Of a DNA stretch of 64,000 nucleotides, positions 46,810 through 60,561 are shown piece by piece; within the stretch, counting starts at the first letter, position 1; each line of letters opens with the position of its first letter. The translations under genes and the position numbers were made by a program. The notes beneath the pieces were generated by a model. It did no database searches. It was not told where the DNA came from and saw only the letters and a program-made list of their open reading frames with translations. This stretch comes from Azolla caroliniana (Eukaryota > Plantae > Polypodiophyta): NCBI GenBank assembly GCA_043228905.1, contig JBHGNT010000010.1, positions 19,964,001 through 20,028,000 on the forward strand, read 5' to 3'.

Positions 46810-48665
46810 TTGTGTCTTCCCACACTTGCTCCCGGGACGATGGCAGTCGGGCCCGAGTGCCCACGTGAGTGCCATGCGGAGGAAGGCGGTGGCGGCGAAA
46901 GACCAAGAATCACCGGCGAGACGATACGGGGAAGGACGAACGGACCTGGACGAGAACCGGGCGGAGCGGACTCCCGGACGACCATTCTGGGAGGGAGGAA
47001 GAGAGCAGGCCTGAGAAGAGGCCGAGGAGACGGTACGTCGGTACCACGGGAGAGGGTGCGGAGTAAACCGCCCTCTCGGCATGCAGAGAAGGACGACCCG
47101 GGACAGGGTCAGGAAGACAAATCGGAGGCCCAAGGAGGATCCTTCACACTGGTTCTACAGAAACCGGCGGTCGGCCTAAAGTGACGAATGGTGGCGGCGA
47201 GGGGACGAAGGCAAAGGGTTATGGATGGGTGGTCTACGGAGATCCTCACACAGATCCGGCGGTCGGCCCGAGAGTCGACGTGAGTCCTATAGGAAAGGAC
47301 GGCGGCGACAGGTGAACGTGATCAACAGAAGCGGCGGGGCAGGGAACCGAAGCCAGAAGGGGAGGTCCCACAAAGACACTCACACTGATTCGGCGGTCGG
47401 CCCGAGAGCCGGCGTGAGTCCTATAGGGGAGATCGGTGGCGGCAGGAGAACGTGATCGGACGACAAGAGGCGACGAACGGCAAGAGGTATCAGGCCAACG
47501 AGGCGGCCACAAACCAAATCGGACCTTTCGGCAAGGTCATTGGGCGTACGGAAGTCCGGTCCTACGGGATCCCCACACTTAACAAGAGACTCCGGCAGTT
47601 CGGCCAACGTGGCAACATGAGACCGAGAGAGAAGGTTGGTGGCGGCGGGAAATGAGACCTGACTACGCGGAAGACACGAGGAGAGTCTGGGAGGGACTTA
47701 AACAAAAGACATCTGGATCTCGGCAAGCGACGAAACGAAGACCGGTCTTATGGGACCCTCACACTGATCCGGAGACCCCGGCAGTTCGGCCAACATGGCA
47801 ACGTGAGACCTAGGGAGAAGGACGGTGGCGGCAGGGAACGGGACCCAACGACACGAGGTAGCGGATAGGGAGTCGGTATAATGGGGAGGACGAAGTGCGA
47901 AACCCTCACCGGCTGGTTACGGTTTCGGAAGGAGCCGGTAGGGGCAAACACGGGGAGGTGTGTCAGGCCGGAAAGGCACACCTGGGACGAAACAAGAGTC
48001 TCGCAAGTGGCCATCGCGGGCCGGATCGAAGCGTGACTGTGGAACGGTGTTTGGCGCGGGCGGAAGATGGCACAAGGGAGGTGTCGGGAACGAGGTGACG
48101 AGTGCATAGTGGACTGCACAGGGTCGGAGTCAGGGGATGACAAGAGAGGCCGGAGGAGGATCCTCCACACTCGCTTCATAGATCTCGGGAGCTCCGTCGA
48201 AGTAGCGAAGACTGACACGGCAAGCCCGGGGTGACAAGCTCCTGGGGGCGACGGGACGACGGCAATCAGAAGACTCGGGACCTGTTGCAGCAGCACGAAG
48301 ACGGCAAGGGCCAAGTGGGCTACTACGGGGTGTTCCCCAGATGTGGAGGACACCAGTATGCGGGTGAGCGGCGATGCACGATCTGGCCGGGAAAGGGGCC
48401 GACAAGGCGTGCAATGAACCGGAGTACGGCACAGGCAGTGCCAAACAACAAACAAGGGTATGTGGCATATGGAGGTGCCGGAGCAGAAAGGCGAGCGCGG
48501 AGATAGGTTGCGCGGTTCGGAGGTAGCGCGGAGAAGGCCAGAAAGGGATCCTCCACACCGTTCCGGAGACCATGGCGGTTCGAGCCGACGCGGCAATGTA
48601 AGACCATGGAGAAGGAAGGTGGCGGCGAAAGGACGAGGGCAATGCGAAACAACATGGGACGGCAA
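46810..48665 (+). repeat. Degenerate dispersed repeat array replacing pol
   Basis: Recurrent gatcc(t/c)cacact...ggcggtcggcc...gtgag...ggtggcggc units near 46815, 47137, 47241, 47378, 47568, 47752, 48159, 48546. Confidence 0.7.
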
Positions 48666-49593
48666 TCAGGACGACGTGAATGATCAACGGAGGCCAAGCG
48701 GGCCGCTACGGGCGTTCCCCAAGCGGAGGACATCGGGCATACGACGGGGAGCGGGGCGTTCATACGGCCGAACAAGGGCCAACGGAAGTACGCGTACTAC
48801 GGAGATCGCGGTAGAGGACCCATCGACGGGTCGAACGAGCCTACAGGGAGGTAAACGCAAAGGAAGAACCGAAGCCGACGGATCAAACCGGCAGCGAGCC
48901 GGCATGCGGATTACGGAAGACCGGTTTCTCACCGGCCGAAATCTCTCACCCTTCACCAGATTTGGCACGTACCGGTGGACGTGCGGTTAGGTGGGGGCGG
49001 ATATCGTGGAGAATTTCGGCCAGAGGCAGAAACCGGGAAACATTGGCTACATCCGCGGGGTGCAGCATGTGTGCTCACCTGTGTACATTTAGTGTGAATA
49101 ACGAGGGCGCCTTTATGGCGCCGAAGAGTAGTCAAGTCGGGACAGACGATCCCCTGTAAGTCGGGATTTATCCCACATTGTAACTCATCCCTCTCCTTGT
49201 TCTATAAAAGGAAGGGAGCGCCCTTTGTGAAAGGGGTTGCCCATTTTGCGTTAGAGGGTATACCGTTAGATTTAGGGTTAGTTACATTTCTTCTTCTTCT
49301 TCTTCTTCTTCTTCTTCTCCACCTTCATGTTCGCTTAGGGTTTGCTTCAGGTCGTCTCCTTTGCAAGACCCCGCTAGGCGCGACAAGCCCGTGAGCTCTC
49401 CGACCGACGGTTTGGCAGCTGACGACTATTGTAACCTACCTTGGTCCGGCTCGAAGCCGGGGATGTATTCTTCCTTATATACATATACATTTGCGTCTGT
49501 CTGTGTATATTCGCGTCTCTATTGGTGTCGGGTGCTTCCCCTTTCCTGCGTTTCCTGTACATAAGGGCGTGAGTCGGGTCGGCCTATGTGTGT

Positions 49594-52500
49594 TGACGGG
49601 AACTGGTCATTCCTTATGCACAAGGCTCGGCCACAACTGAGCTTAGAATGATGCACAGAAAACGGGAAATAAAAAAAAACACGACACAAAGAAGAGGAAG
49701 ATACACAGGAGGTTTACGTGGAAAAACCCCAAACTAGGGGAAAAACCACGGCAGCCCACAGGCTGCAAACTGTCACTATGTAAGAATGTACAAAATAGTG
49801 AGTTAACGGAGGCAACGACCTCGGACTCACGATCTTCGCCACAGGCGGCGATTACAACAGAGGCAGCGACCTCTTTCTCTCACTCTCTCTTTGTACAACG
49901 TTACATACTCTGTCTTCTTCTTGCACCAACAAGAAAATGACAACAACTCAATTCCTAAAAGTTTGCCCTAAGTCATATTTATACTAATATGACTTTTCGG
50001 CAATTTACAAATGTAGCCTCGATGGGCTCTCAGAAACATATTTACGAAAATGTCTCTTCATCCGGTTCATACCGGGCCTACACCATCCGGCTTTGCATAG
50101 CCGGGTACTCCTCATCCGGTTCATACCGGGCCTGCACCATCCGGCTCTCGGTAGCCGGGTACTCCTCATTCGGTTCTTACCGGGCCTGCACCATCCGGCT
50201 CTCCGTAGCCGAGTACTCCTCATCCGGTTCATACCAGGCCTGCAACATCCGGCTCTCCGTAGTCGAGTACTCCTCATCCGACACTGATCTTCTCCCTTCC
50301 CATTCGGAGGGACCTGTCTCCCAACAAACCCCCCCTTCACTCCGGCATGGGGTGTCTTACCAGTCCGATCCTCTTCCGGCATGCGTTCAGCTTGTCGGGT
50401 ATCAGCAATTTGGTCAGCATATCTGACCCGTTCTCAGCCGTGTGGATCTTTGTCAGTGCCAACTCTTGGTCATCTACTCTTTCCTGGATCCAGTGATACC
50501 TCCGCTGGACATGCTTCATCCGGGAATGGTAGGCCGCATTCTTAGCAAGGTGGATGGCACTTTGACTGTCGCAGTAGAGTCGGTATTCCTCTTGCCGGAT
50601 ACCGAGCTCTCCATTGAAGTCCTTCATCCATAATATTTCCTTGCCGGCTTCCACACCTGCCATGTACTCCGCCTCCGTGGTTGACAATGCAACCGTCTTC
50701 TGCAGCCTCGACTGTCACGAAACATCTCCCCCTGCATATGTCATCACATACCAGGATGTAGACCGGCTGGTATCCTCATCAGCCGACATGTCCAAATCGG
50801 TGAAATCGTCCAGTTGAGGTTTTCAGGAGCTGAATCGGAGACACATATTTGAAGTGCCCTTCAAATGCCGGAGTATCCATTTGACCGCGTTCCAGTGCTC
50901 CTTGCCGGGATTACTCATAAACCGGCTCACCACTTCGACTGCGTATCCTATATCCGGTCGGGTACACACCATAGCGTACATCAAGCTCCCGACGACAGAG
51001 GCATATGGAATCTTCATCATATCTGCCTTCTCTGCTTTCGTCTTCAGGCTTTGCTTACCGGATATCCTGGAGTTTGCTGGAAGTGTCGATCCGACCGGTT
51101 TCACATCTGACATGTTGAACCGATGAAGCACCTTTGTGACGTACTTCTCTTGTGACATCCATAATTGCTTCTTTGACCGGTTCCGGATGATGTGCATCCC
51201 CAACATCTGTCTTGCCAGACCCAAGTCTTTCATTGAGAAGGTCCGGTTGAGAGCCTTCTTCAGCATCTGTATTTTTACTTGGTCTCGTCCGACGGTCAAC
51301 ATGTCATCCACGTACAGGAGGAGTATCAGGAAGTCGCCTCCTTCAAACTTCCTCACAAACACGCAGTGATCGGCCTGCGTCTTGTGGTACCCTTGATCGG
51401 TCATGAAGGAGTCGAACTTCCGGTACCATTGCCGGGGAGCCTGCTTCAGTCCGTACAGGCTCTTCTTCAACCAACATACCAGGTGCTCCTTCCTTTTCTC
51501 CACAAATCCTTCCGGTTGCTGTATGTAGATCTCCTCTTCGAGGTCACCGTGAAGGAATGCCGTCTTCACGTCCAGCTGCTCTACCTCGAGGTCCATGCTT
51601 GCCACTATACTCAGCACCGTCCGGATGGAGGTCATCTTTACTACCGGGGCAAATATCTCGTCGAAGTCCAGACCCTTCTTCTGCTGGAACCCCTTCACCA
51701 CGATCCTGGCTTTGTATCTCCGGGGGTTGCCGGCATCTCCCGGTTTCAACTTGTACACCCACTTGTTTCGGAGTGCCCGCTTTCCTTTCGGCACTCCACC
51801 AATTGGTACGTATGGTTCTCATGCAGGGAATCCATCTCATCCTGCATGGCACTTAACCATTTTCGGCTGTGGGTGTCCTCCTTCGCTTCTTTGAAGCTTT
51901 CTGGCTCTCCCTCATCGGTCAGCAGCACATGCTCTGCATCCGGAAATCTCTGGGGGGCCCTTCTCTCTCTGAGAGGATATCTCCGTCTTTGGGCTTCGGT
52001 AGCCGGATCCTCCATTTGCACTTTATCCGAATCCGATTTGGGGTCTAGGCCGGTTCCGGTCTCAGCTTCCTGTACTTCTTCTTCTGCCGGTTCGGTATCC
52101 TCACCGTATCCGGCTGGTTCTTCGAGTGCTAACCGGTCTCTCGCCGGTTGGGTCTGCTGATCCTTACCGGTCGACTCGGAGTTCATTATCTTCTCCTCCG
52201 ACTCCCAGTAGGCGAGCGTCTTGTTCTCCATGAAGATAATATCTCGACTCCGGAATACCTTCTTGTCGACCGGGTCCCACACTCGGTAGCCGAACTCATC
52301 GTCACCTTAACCGAGGAATATGCATGGCCGGGTCTTTGGATCTAACTTTCCTCTCCGGTCCTTTGCTACATGCACATACGCAAGACACCCGAACACCTTC
52401 AAATGCCGGTAGGACACTTCCTTACCGGTCCACACTCTCTGTGGCGTGTCTCCGTCCAAGGGTACTGAGGGTGATCTGTTTATCATGTATGTCGTTGTCG

Positions 52501-55151
52501 ACAGTGCCTCAGCCCAAAACTTCTTGGGTAGTTTTGCATGCACTAGCATACTCCGGACCCTCTCCATTATAGTCTGGTTCATCCTCTCGGCCAGTCCGTT
52601 TAGTTCCGGCGTCTTCGGCACGGTAAATTCGAGCCGGATTCCCTTCGAGCGGCAATACTCCTCGAACTGCCCCCGGCACTCTCCTCCGTTATCTGCTCGA
52701 ACCGCCTTCAGCTTCCGACCGGTTTCTCTTTCCACTCTCGTGTGGAGCTCTTTGAAGACGGATAACACCTGATCCTTTATCTTCAGCGGTGTGGCCCACA
52801 GCTTCCGGCTGTGGTCATCTATGAACGTCACGAATTACTGCGCTCTGGCATGTGACTTCGTGTCTACTTGACACACATCCGTATGCACCAACTCCAGTGG
52901 TGCATTACGTCTCATCGGTGGCCTTGGTTGGAAGGAGGTCCGGTTCTGCTTACCGGCCAGATAATCAGTGCACTTCTCTAAGTGCACGTTCTTCATTGGA
53001 ATGAGGTTGTTGTCTGCAAGCCTCTTCATCCCCTTCTCGCTCATATGACAGAGCCTCTTGTGCCACAGCTCACCGGCAGTGTCGGATGCCACGTTCACTT
53101 CTTCCGGACATAACCGGGCATTCATCAGGTACAGTCTGTTGACCTTCCGGGCCCGAGCCACAATCAGGCTCCCTTCGCTGAACTTCATGACACCGTTCTG
53201 GATGCAGCCCGTGTAGCCTTTATCATCTAGCCGACCGGCTGATATCAGGTTTAAACGAACCTCCGGAATGTGTTAAACATCCTTCAGCAGCAACTTGCAT
53301 CCGGTTGGTGTTGACAGCTACACGTCTCCTATGCTGACAATTCGGCATGTACCTTCATTCCCCATCCGGACATAGCCGTGGTCACCGGCTGAGTAGGATG
53401 AGAGGCATTTCCGGTCCGGGGTAAGGTGGAACGACGCTCTGGAGTCGACCACCCAAGTCATCTCGTCGCCGGCACGGTTTATCTCAATCTCCTCGGTGAT
53501 GAGCATCAACTCTTCTTCACTTGCCCCGATTGCCGTCGTTCCCTTCCGGTTCGTCCCCTTCCGGTCTTTACCGTTCCGGTCCGGGGTCCGCTTCGAATCG
53601 GTACCGTCGGTTTCCTTGTCTTTACGGAAATGCCGACAGTTCTTTTGGAAGTGACCCGGCTTGCCGCAATAGAAGCAAGTGGGCCTCCCCCTTGACTTTG
53701 ACCGTGTCCCTGACTTTTCCCAGTTTTGGGGACTACGGTTTCTCTGTCTTCCACATTCCGATTCGGCAAGGAGCGCTTTGGAGTCGGAGCTCGTATCTTT
53801 GTCTTTCCGACGCGCCTCCTCATCTAGCAAGCTCGACTTTACTCTTGCTACGGATAACCGTTTTCCTTCCGGCCCGGCATTGCCCAAAGTGACGACCAAC
53901 GTCTCCCAGCTGTCCGGGAGGGAACCGAGCAGGAGTAGCGGAAGTACCTCATCGACAAGGGGTACTTCCAATGAAGTTGCCTGGTGGATCAGCCCCTAGA
54001 AGGCATTCATGTGCTCCGCCATGCTGGAGCCATCTTGGTACCGGAGTCTTACTAGCTTCCGGAATACCGACACCTGGTTTACAACATTTTTGTTCTGAAA
54101 CATTATGCCGATCTTCTCCTAGAGCTCATGAGCCTTGCTCTCTTCATTGAAGTTGTTGTACAGGCTCATGACGATGAAGCACCGTATCTACGCTGTTGTC
54201 TTCATGTCCATCACCTCCCATATCGCGGCGTCGATTTTGTCCGGTCTTTTGTCCCCGAACTGAACCGGCAACCAGAGGTCTTTAATCACGAGCATGTCCC
54301 TCATCTTCGACTTCCACACTGAATAGTTGGAGCCGGTGAGCTTGAACATGCCGCCAAACGATTCGTCCATTTTTCTGTGTTGTTTCGCTCTGATACCACT
54401 TGACGGGAACTGGTCGTTCCTTATGCGCAAGGCTCAGCCACAACTGAGCTTAGAATGATGCACAGGAAACGGGAAACAAAAAAAACACAGGAGGTTTACG
54501 TGGAAAAACCCCAAACTAGGGGAAAAACCATGGCAGCCCACAGGCTGCAAATTGTCACTATGTAAGAATGTACAAAACAGTAAGTTCACGAAGGCAACGA
54601 CCTCGGACTCACGATCTTCGCCACAGGCGGCGGTTACAACAGAGGCAACGACCTCTTTCTCTCACTCTCTCTTTGTACAACGTTACGTACTCTCTCTTCT
54701 TCTTGCACCAACAAAAAAATGACAACAACTCAATTCCTAAAAGTTTGCCCTAAGTCATATTTATACTAATATGACTTTTCAGCTATTTACAAATGTAGCC
54801 TCGATGGGCTCTCAGAAACATATTTACGAAAATGTCTCTTCATCCGGTTCATACCGGGCCTGCACCATCCGGCTCTCCGTAGCCGGGTACTCCTCATCCG
54901 GTTTTCACCGGGCCTGCACCATCCGGCTCTCCGTAGCCGAGTACTCCTCATTCGGTTCATACCGAGCCTGCACCATCCGGCTCTCCGTAGCCGAGTACTC
55001 CTCATCCGGTTCATACCGGGCCTACACCATCCGGCTCTCCGTAGCCGGGTCCTTCTCATACGGTTTCGGCCTCGGCCTATCAGCCTCGACTGAGTTTGTT
55101 CATCGGCACTGATCTTCTCCGTTCCCATCCGGAGGGACCTGTCTCCCAACA
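49594..55151 (-). mobile_element. Full-length Tork/TNT1-like Ty1/copia element (family C), coding region with stops
   Basis: TSD TGTGT; LTRs 54401-55151 and 49594-50326; iMet PBS TGGTATCAGAGC 54387-54398; PPT 50327-50337; gag-PR-IN-RT-RH order. Confidence 0.97.
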
Positions 55152-55195
55152 TGTGTGTGTGTGTGTGTGTGCGTCAGTTGGTGTCAAGCGTGCGT

Positions 55196-58100
55196 TGTCG
55201 TGAAGAAAACCGTCTCGTAGCGCAATCGGTGCATAGCGTGCGTGAACCAGCTCTTCACGCGTGTGCACCCTTTTATGTATATAATAGGGAATTAAGTAGA
55301 TAGGCATATCCGGGGGTAGTTAGATTCGGTAGGTAGGAAGTAAATGAGGGAGAAGGCTCCCTTCTTGAAGCTATAAAAGAGAGGGAGACGCGGGGGAGAA
55401 GGGATCGTGCATTGAGGAGGATGAAGTGTTGTCGAACCGTAACCGAACACTTCTCCTCTGTTCATTTTCCATCGCTCTGCAGGGTTTTCGGGAGGCTCGC
55501 GCTGCTTCGAGGAACGCCCGTGTGCTTCCGACAACACCTCCATGCTATCCCCTTTCGTGCGCAGACGAACATGCATCGACATCTGTTCGCCGGCCTGTTC
55601 GGTTGTAACCGCTCGCGTGCTCTGTTGTTTTGTGTCATTTGTTAATATACAAACATTCGTGTCTCTCTGCCCCTGTGTCTCTTTGCTCATACGTAACTGG
55701 TCGTCTCTCTCTTTCTCTTTCCCATCCTATCACCTGCTCTTCGGTTCAAGACCCCGGTGGTCCCGCCTCGTTTCTCCACGCACGCGCGTAGCAACGCGAC
55801 ATATTTGGTGAACCCGAAATGAAACAGGCGGCAGAGGAGCAGAAGATGAGGGGGTCAGATCTTGCAGAGGCCATGGCTTCGGCCGTGGACCAGATAGTGA
55901 GCGCGTGCGAGGGCACCGGCGCCCTTGACAGGGCTATTGAGGCGATCGTCGATATGATCGGCCGGTTCAGTGGAAAGGATGCCATGAGTTATTTGGCGTC
56001 CTACCGGGTGGAGATGTTGATGAGGGATATTCCGGAACAGAGGCGTCTTGCCGGATTCCCTCAAGTGGCGATGCCGGGCATCCATGCGGAGGTGCTCGAG
56101 GTCTGGGCGGAGAGCCGGACCTGGGAGGAGTTCGAAGGACGGCTCCTGGAGAAATACGGGCTGGGTGACGCGCTTCGACTTTCGAAGCGGGGCTTCATGA
56201 AGTGGGTGGAGTCCCCCGACAAAGGAAGAAATGCGTCGGCACTCCTCCGGGAGTTTGAGGATCGCTTTGCGCGCCTTTCGGCGCTCGATCGGACCGTTCT
56301 GGACACAAGTTGTGTCCTACTGTTTGTCAAATCGGTTGACGCACAGGATCGGGAGCAAGTGGGCTCCTTACTGGAAGCCGAACATGGGCTGACGGCCGAC
56401 TAGGCCGCGGTAAAAAGAGTCTGCGGTCGTTTTGACAAATGGTGGGAGTGGGCTAATACAGGGGCGACTGGGGCGGGTCCTGTCGCAGCAAGGAAGCTCG
56501 AACCGATACCGTAGGCGCGACGGAAGAGACCCGGGAGTGGCTCGAAACCGGTTCGGCTTCGACCGGCGTGGTCAGAGGCTCGTCCGGGGGGACAACTTTG
56601 GAGGAGTTGACACGGGCGGTAAAGGATCTCTAGATCGCCCAGGCTCGGAGGGAAGGTGGCGAACAGGCTCGTGACCGACGGCCTCCGGCAGGAAATAGGT
56701 GCATGTGGTGCGACGAGGTCGGCCACATCCGGAAAGACTGCAGGGACTTTGCGGAGGCTTTGAGAAGCCGGATAGTGTACCTGTGGGAAGGTCGGGTGCA
56801 CGCCAGCGATACCTGGAGGGCCCTGAACCGAAACGACGGGCGAGGGGGAATGAAAAGGCTGATGGAAGAGGCGGCGGCCCGGCACGCGGAGACCGTCCAC
56901 TACTCGACGTCGGCCGGTATTCGGTTCTGGCCGACGATGCTGGAAGGCCTCGCCAGTGCCCGACTAAGGAAAGACGAGGCGGACCGCGTGGAGAAGCGGG
57001 TCCAGGAGGTAATCGGGAGGAGTGATCCGGTCGAAGAAAAGACGGGTTTCGTCGAAGCAGCTTGCAAGAACTACGAGGCGATGGTTGAAGACAAACAGGT
57101 AGGTAAAACCGGAAGGGCCTGACCCTCATAAAGATACGAAACCCGATTCGGGCCGAAACAGAACGAGGCCGGTGAGACCAGTGCCCGGGATAACCACAAG
57201 AAGGGCGGATACCGGTTGGGCACGGAGATCGAAAGGACCACGGACCTACGGAAGGTCTTGGAAGAACGAATCCTCGACAGCAAGGTGGAACTGTCGTTGC
57301 GGGAGGTGAAGAGGAAGAGGCTGTCGACGGAGACAGAACCGGAAAGGCCGGTGGAGGTGCGGACGACGCACATGGAGGACATGGCACTGGAAGACGAGTG
57401 GGCGGAGAGCCATTACTCGAGGCCACACTGGGCCCGTGCGACCACGGAAACCCCGGTGAAGATCGGAGATGTTCAGGAACCGATGGTGGCGCTGGTGGAC
57501 CACGGTTCGGAAATAAACCTGATGTCCATGGACTTCTACAAGAAGGGGAAATGGCCGATCAACACCAAGCACGGGTGGAAGATACGGGTGGCGACGCACG
57601 CCACCGAGGAACTACACGGGGCTTGCCCAAACGTGAGAGTCAAGATCGGCGACGTCGAGATAGATCAACACTTCTTTGTGCAGGAGACGTCCTCACACCC
57701 GGTCATACTGGGAGAACCGTACATTACGGCAGCGCAGATGGAGACCAAGGTGCTGGACAACGGGTCGGCCTACGCGAGGGTCAAGAGTCAGGACGGGCGT
57801 CATTCGGTCCAGTTCCTGACGGTGCGACCGACCCACGAGCGAAACCGCGAATCCCTCGGTGGCGAGAACCGAGAGGATTTTTAGAGAGGGCTGTCAAGGC
57901 ATGGGGCCGCGACAGTCCGGACAGTCCAGGAAAACCCCACAAATGTACGATAGAGGCGAAACCGAAGAAACGTTGTACCATAAGTAGGAAGTTTTGTTTC
58001 TTCGACAATGGAGGGTGTACGATAGTCGGCGTCGTTCGCCGAGAAAAGACGAGGGCGGAAGAGTGACTCCGGGCGTACGGAGTTCTCGGTCCCAGCGAGG

Positions 58101-60086
58101 AAATCAACGGAGCCGTGGAGGCGGTCTCCTTCGACGATACCTTGGGAATACTGCGAGAGTTGGTCGGAGAGGGCCTTAAAGAGGACCGGACGATACCGGT
58201 TTGCTCAGAAGAGATGTACGAAGTCATCGCGGACTTCAGTCGAGGGCTCGAGTCGGATCGGACGGCCCGGGTTAACACGAAGTACAAGAGTGTGGACCGG
58301 AAGGTAAGGCCAGTCGCGGCACCCTTACCGGAGGGCAGTGAGTTGTGAATCAAGGGGGTCGCGTCGGACCCTAGTTTACGAGATCCGGCCTGCATAGGAC
58401 ACACCTTCACCGACAGAACGCTTCGGGAGCTAAAAATCGGTGGGGGCGGTTTCCTACTGCCGGCGGAAGAAGACCGGTTTCGGAGAATGCTCAGAAGGCA
58501 CGGGAAAGCCTTCGCATTCTCACTGGGAGAGATCGGCTGCGTAGATCCGACAGTCGTGAAGCCGATGGTGATATTCACGGTACCGCATGTGCCGTGGAAT
58601 CTCAAACCAATTCCCGTACCGAGAGCTCACATCCCGGAGCTGATGGAGCTGTTGAGGCAGAAAGTCGATATGGGCATCCTCGAACCGTCGAGTGCCCCAT
58701 ACTCGAACCGGTGGTTTACTGTACTGAAGAAGAACGAGACGTTGCGCTTCATTCAAGACCTGCAACCGGTCAACAGAGTGACCATTCGGAACGCAGGAAT
58801 CAGACCAATGATAGACGAGTTCGCAGAGGCCTTCGCCAGAAGGTCGATCTACTCGGTCGGTGATCTGTACTCGGGGTAAGATCAGTTCCAACTAGCCGTA
58901 GAGAGCAGAGACATTACGACGATGCGGACTCCTCTCGGCCTAGTGCGGATGTGTACCCTGCCACAAGGAGGGACGAACTCGGTGGCCCACATGGTGAATG
59001 CGATGAACAAGGTGCTGAGGGATTGAGTCCCGGACATCACCATGCCATTCTTGGACAACATCCCTATCAAGGGATGTCCGGTGGAGGAAAAGGACGAAAC
59101 GATCGGACCGGACGGATGCCGGAAATTCGTGGCGACACACATTGACGACTGCGAGAGGGTGCTGCAGAGGCTAGAGGACGCGAGGCTCACCTTCTCCGGG
59201 GAGAAATCGGCCTTCGAGCAATCAGAGATCATGGTCGTCGGACATCTATGCGGACCGTATGGCCGGAAACCGTCTCCGGCTAAGGTGGAAGCCATCTCCG
59301 CAATGAAGCCCGACTGTAACTCGGTCACGGAGGTACGGAGGTTCTTGGGAGCATGCGCGTTCTACCACATATGGATCCTGCATTACGCTCACGTTGCCGA
59401 GCCGCTATACGGGTTGCTGAAAAAGGGGCGAAAATTCGAGTGGCGAGACGAGCATACGGAGTCGGTCCAAAAGATGAAGGAGGCTCTTGCTGCAGCTCTG
59501 GCACTCCGGAAGGCTGGCTACGAGAAAGGCACTCCCGTCTACATAACGGTAGATACGAGTCCGACCGGGATCGGATGGGTTGTCAACCAAGAAGATGAGG
59601 ACGGCATTTGGTTCCCAATCTGGTTAGGTGCGAAGGTCCTCAGCGAGCGACAACGAGGATACGCCCAGGTTAAACGCGAACTCTGGGGTATCGTTTCGGC
59701 GGTGAAGGCCGATAAAGACTATCTGATTGGGACAGAGGTAATTATCGAGACGGACTGCCAGCCGATTCTCGGCATGGTTTCCGGATGCGCAACCCCGGAC
59801 CTGGCAATGCTCAGGTGGATAGCGTACATCAAGTCCCTGGATCCGGAAATACGACACATTTCCGGGAAAGACAATGCCATGGATGACATGCTTTCGAGGG
59901 CGCGATTCGACGACGAGGGCGGCATGGTTTCGGAGGACGAGGAAGTCGGCGTGGACTTCTTCAAGGCGGCTTACGTAACAACCGAGGGGGGGAGCACTCC
60001 GGCGCTTAACGATTTTAACGAGAGCAAGTACGATGGGGAGTGGCTGCGGATTGGAGGATTCTTAAGGACGATGACGCCAGACGCGT
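55196..60086 (+). mobile_element. Family A element: LTR 55196-55801, PBS 55806, gag-protease, RT, RNase H; interrupted at 60087
   Basis: ALVDHGSEIN; GDLYSG; LPQGGTNS; PFLDNIPIKG; TVDTSPTGIG; several stops. Confidence 0.95.
57875..57940 (+). promoter_or_regulatory. Putative -1 ribosomal frameshift signal
   Basis: G GAT TTT directly before the gag-pro TAG; downstream GGGCTGTC/GACAGTCC stem and TGGGG/CCCCA pairing. Confidence 0.7.
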
Positions 60087-60561
60087 TGTCGTGAAGATTT
60101 TCGGCAATAGTGTGAAAATCCCATAAAACGTACGAAATCGAGTATGAATCACATAATACAATAATTGTGAAGATAACATTTTAGATAAATTTAATATCTA
60201 AGTACAAAATGATGGAGGTTTCGAATGCACTTTATTACACGAGAAACGGACAACTAAATGTCAAGATATGAGGGTATAAAGTTTGTGAAAGGAAAAGAGA
60301 AAATTGTGAGATATCCCATATAGGCACGACAAATACGACTCTCATCATATATAAGGTAGAGCAAAAGATATTATCTTTGTGTCTATGTGTGGAGCATAGA
60401 GAGTTCAAGGTAACTTGAACTAAGAGTGGAGGTGGGCTAGCTACTCGTAAAGGGTTTTGGCCAACCAAAACCGGACCGACGATGGAGCCGGTGATCCGAC
60501 GGCATCTGGCGACGGCACCGGTATCCGCCGGTGAGACGACGGCATTCGGCAGCGACACCGG
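60087..60561 (+). repeat. 5' part of a divergent family A-type LTR
   Basis: Starts TGTCGTGAAGATT, interrupts pol, itself interrupted at 60562. Confidence 0.75.

Larger units (their letters stand above)
39574..55195 (+). mobile_element. Non-autonomous gag-only family A relative: LTR 39574-40350, PBS 40355-40372, PPT near 48990-49001, 3' LTR from 49002; hosts two copia elements
   Basis: Closely similar LTR pair; gag VGRFNGDKVPS/YLGAYNAEM rejoins across the copia insertion; no pol motifs seen in 46400-48950. Confidence 0.85.

Noticed and set aside
57781-58605. Long antisense ORFs over family A, copia and the methyltransferase gene (also 63181-63978, 51279-52160, 16753-17247)
   Set aside because: Shadow frames of GC-rich coding sequence with no independent motifs
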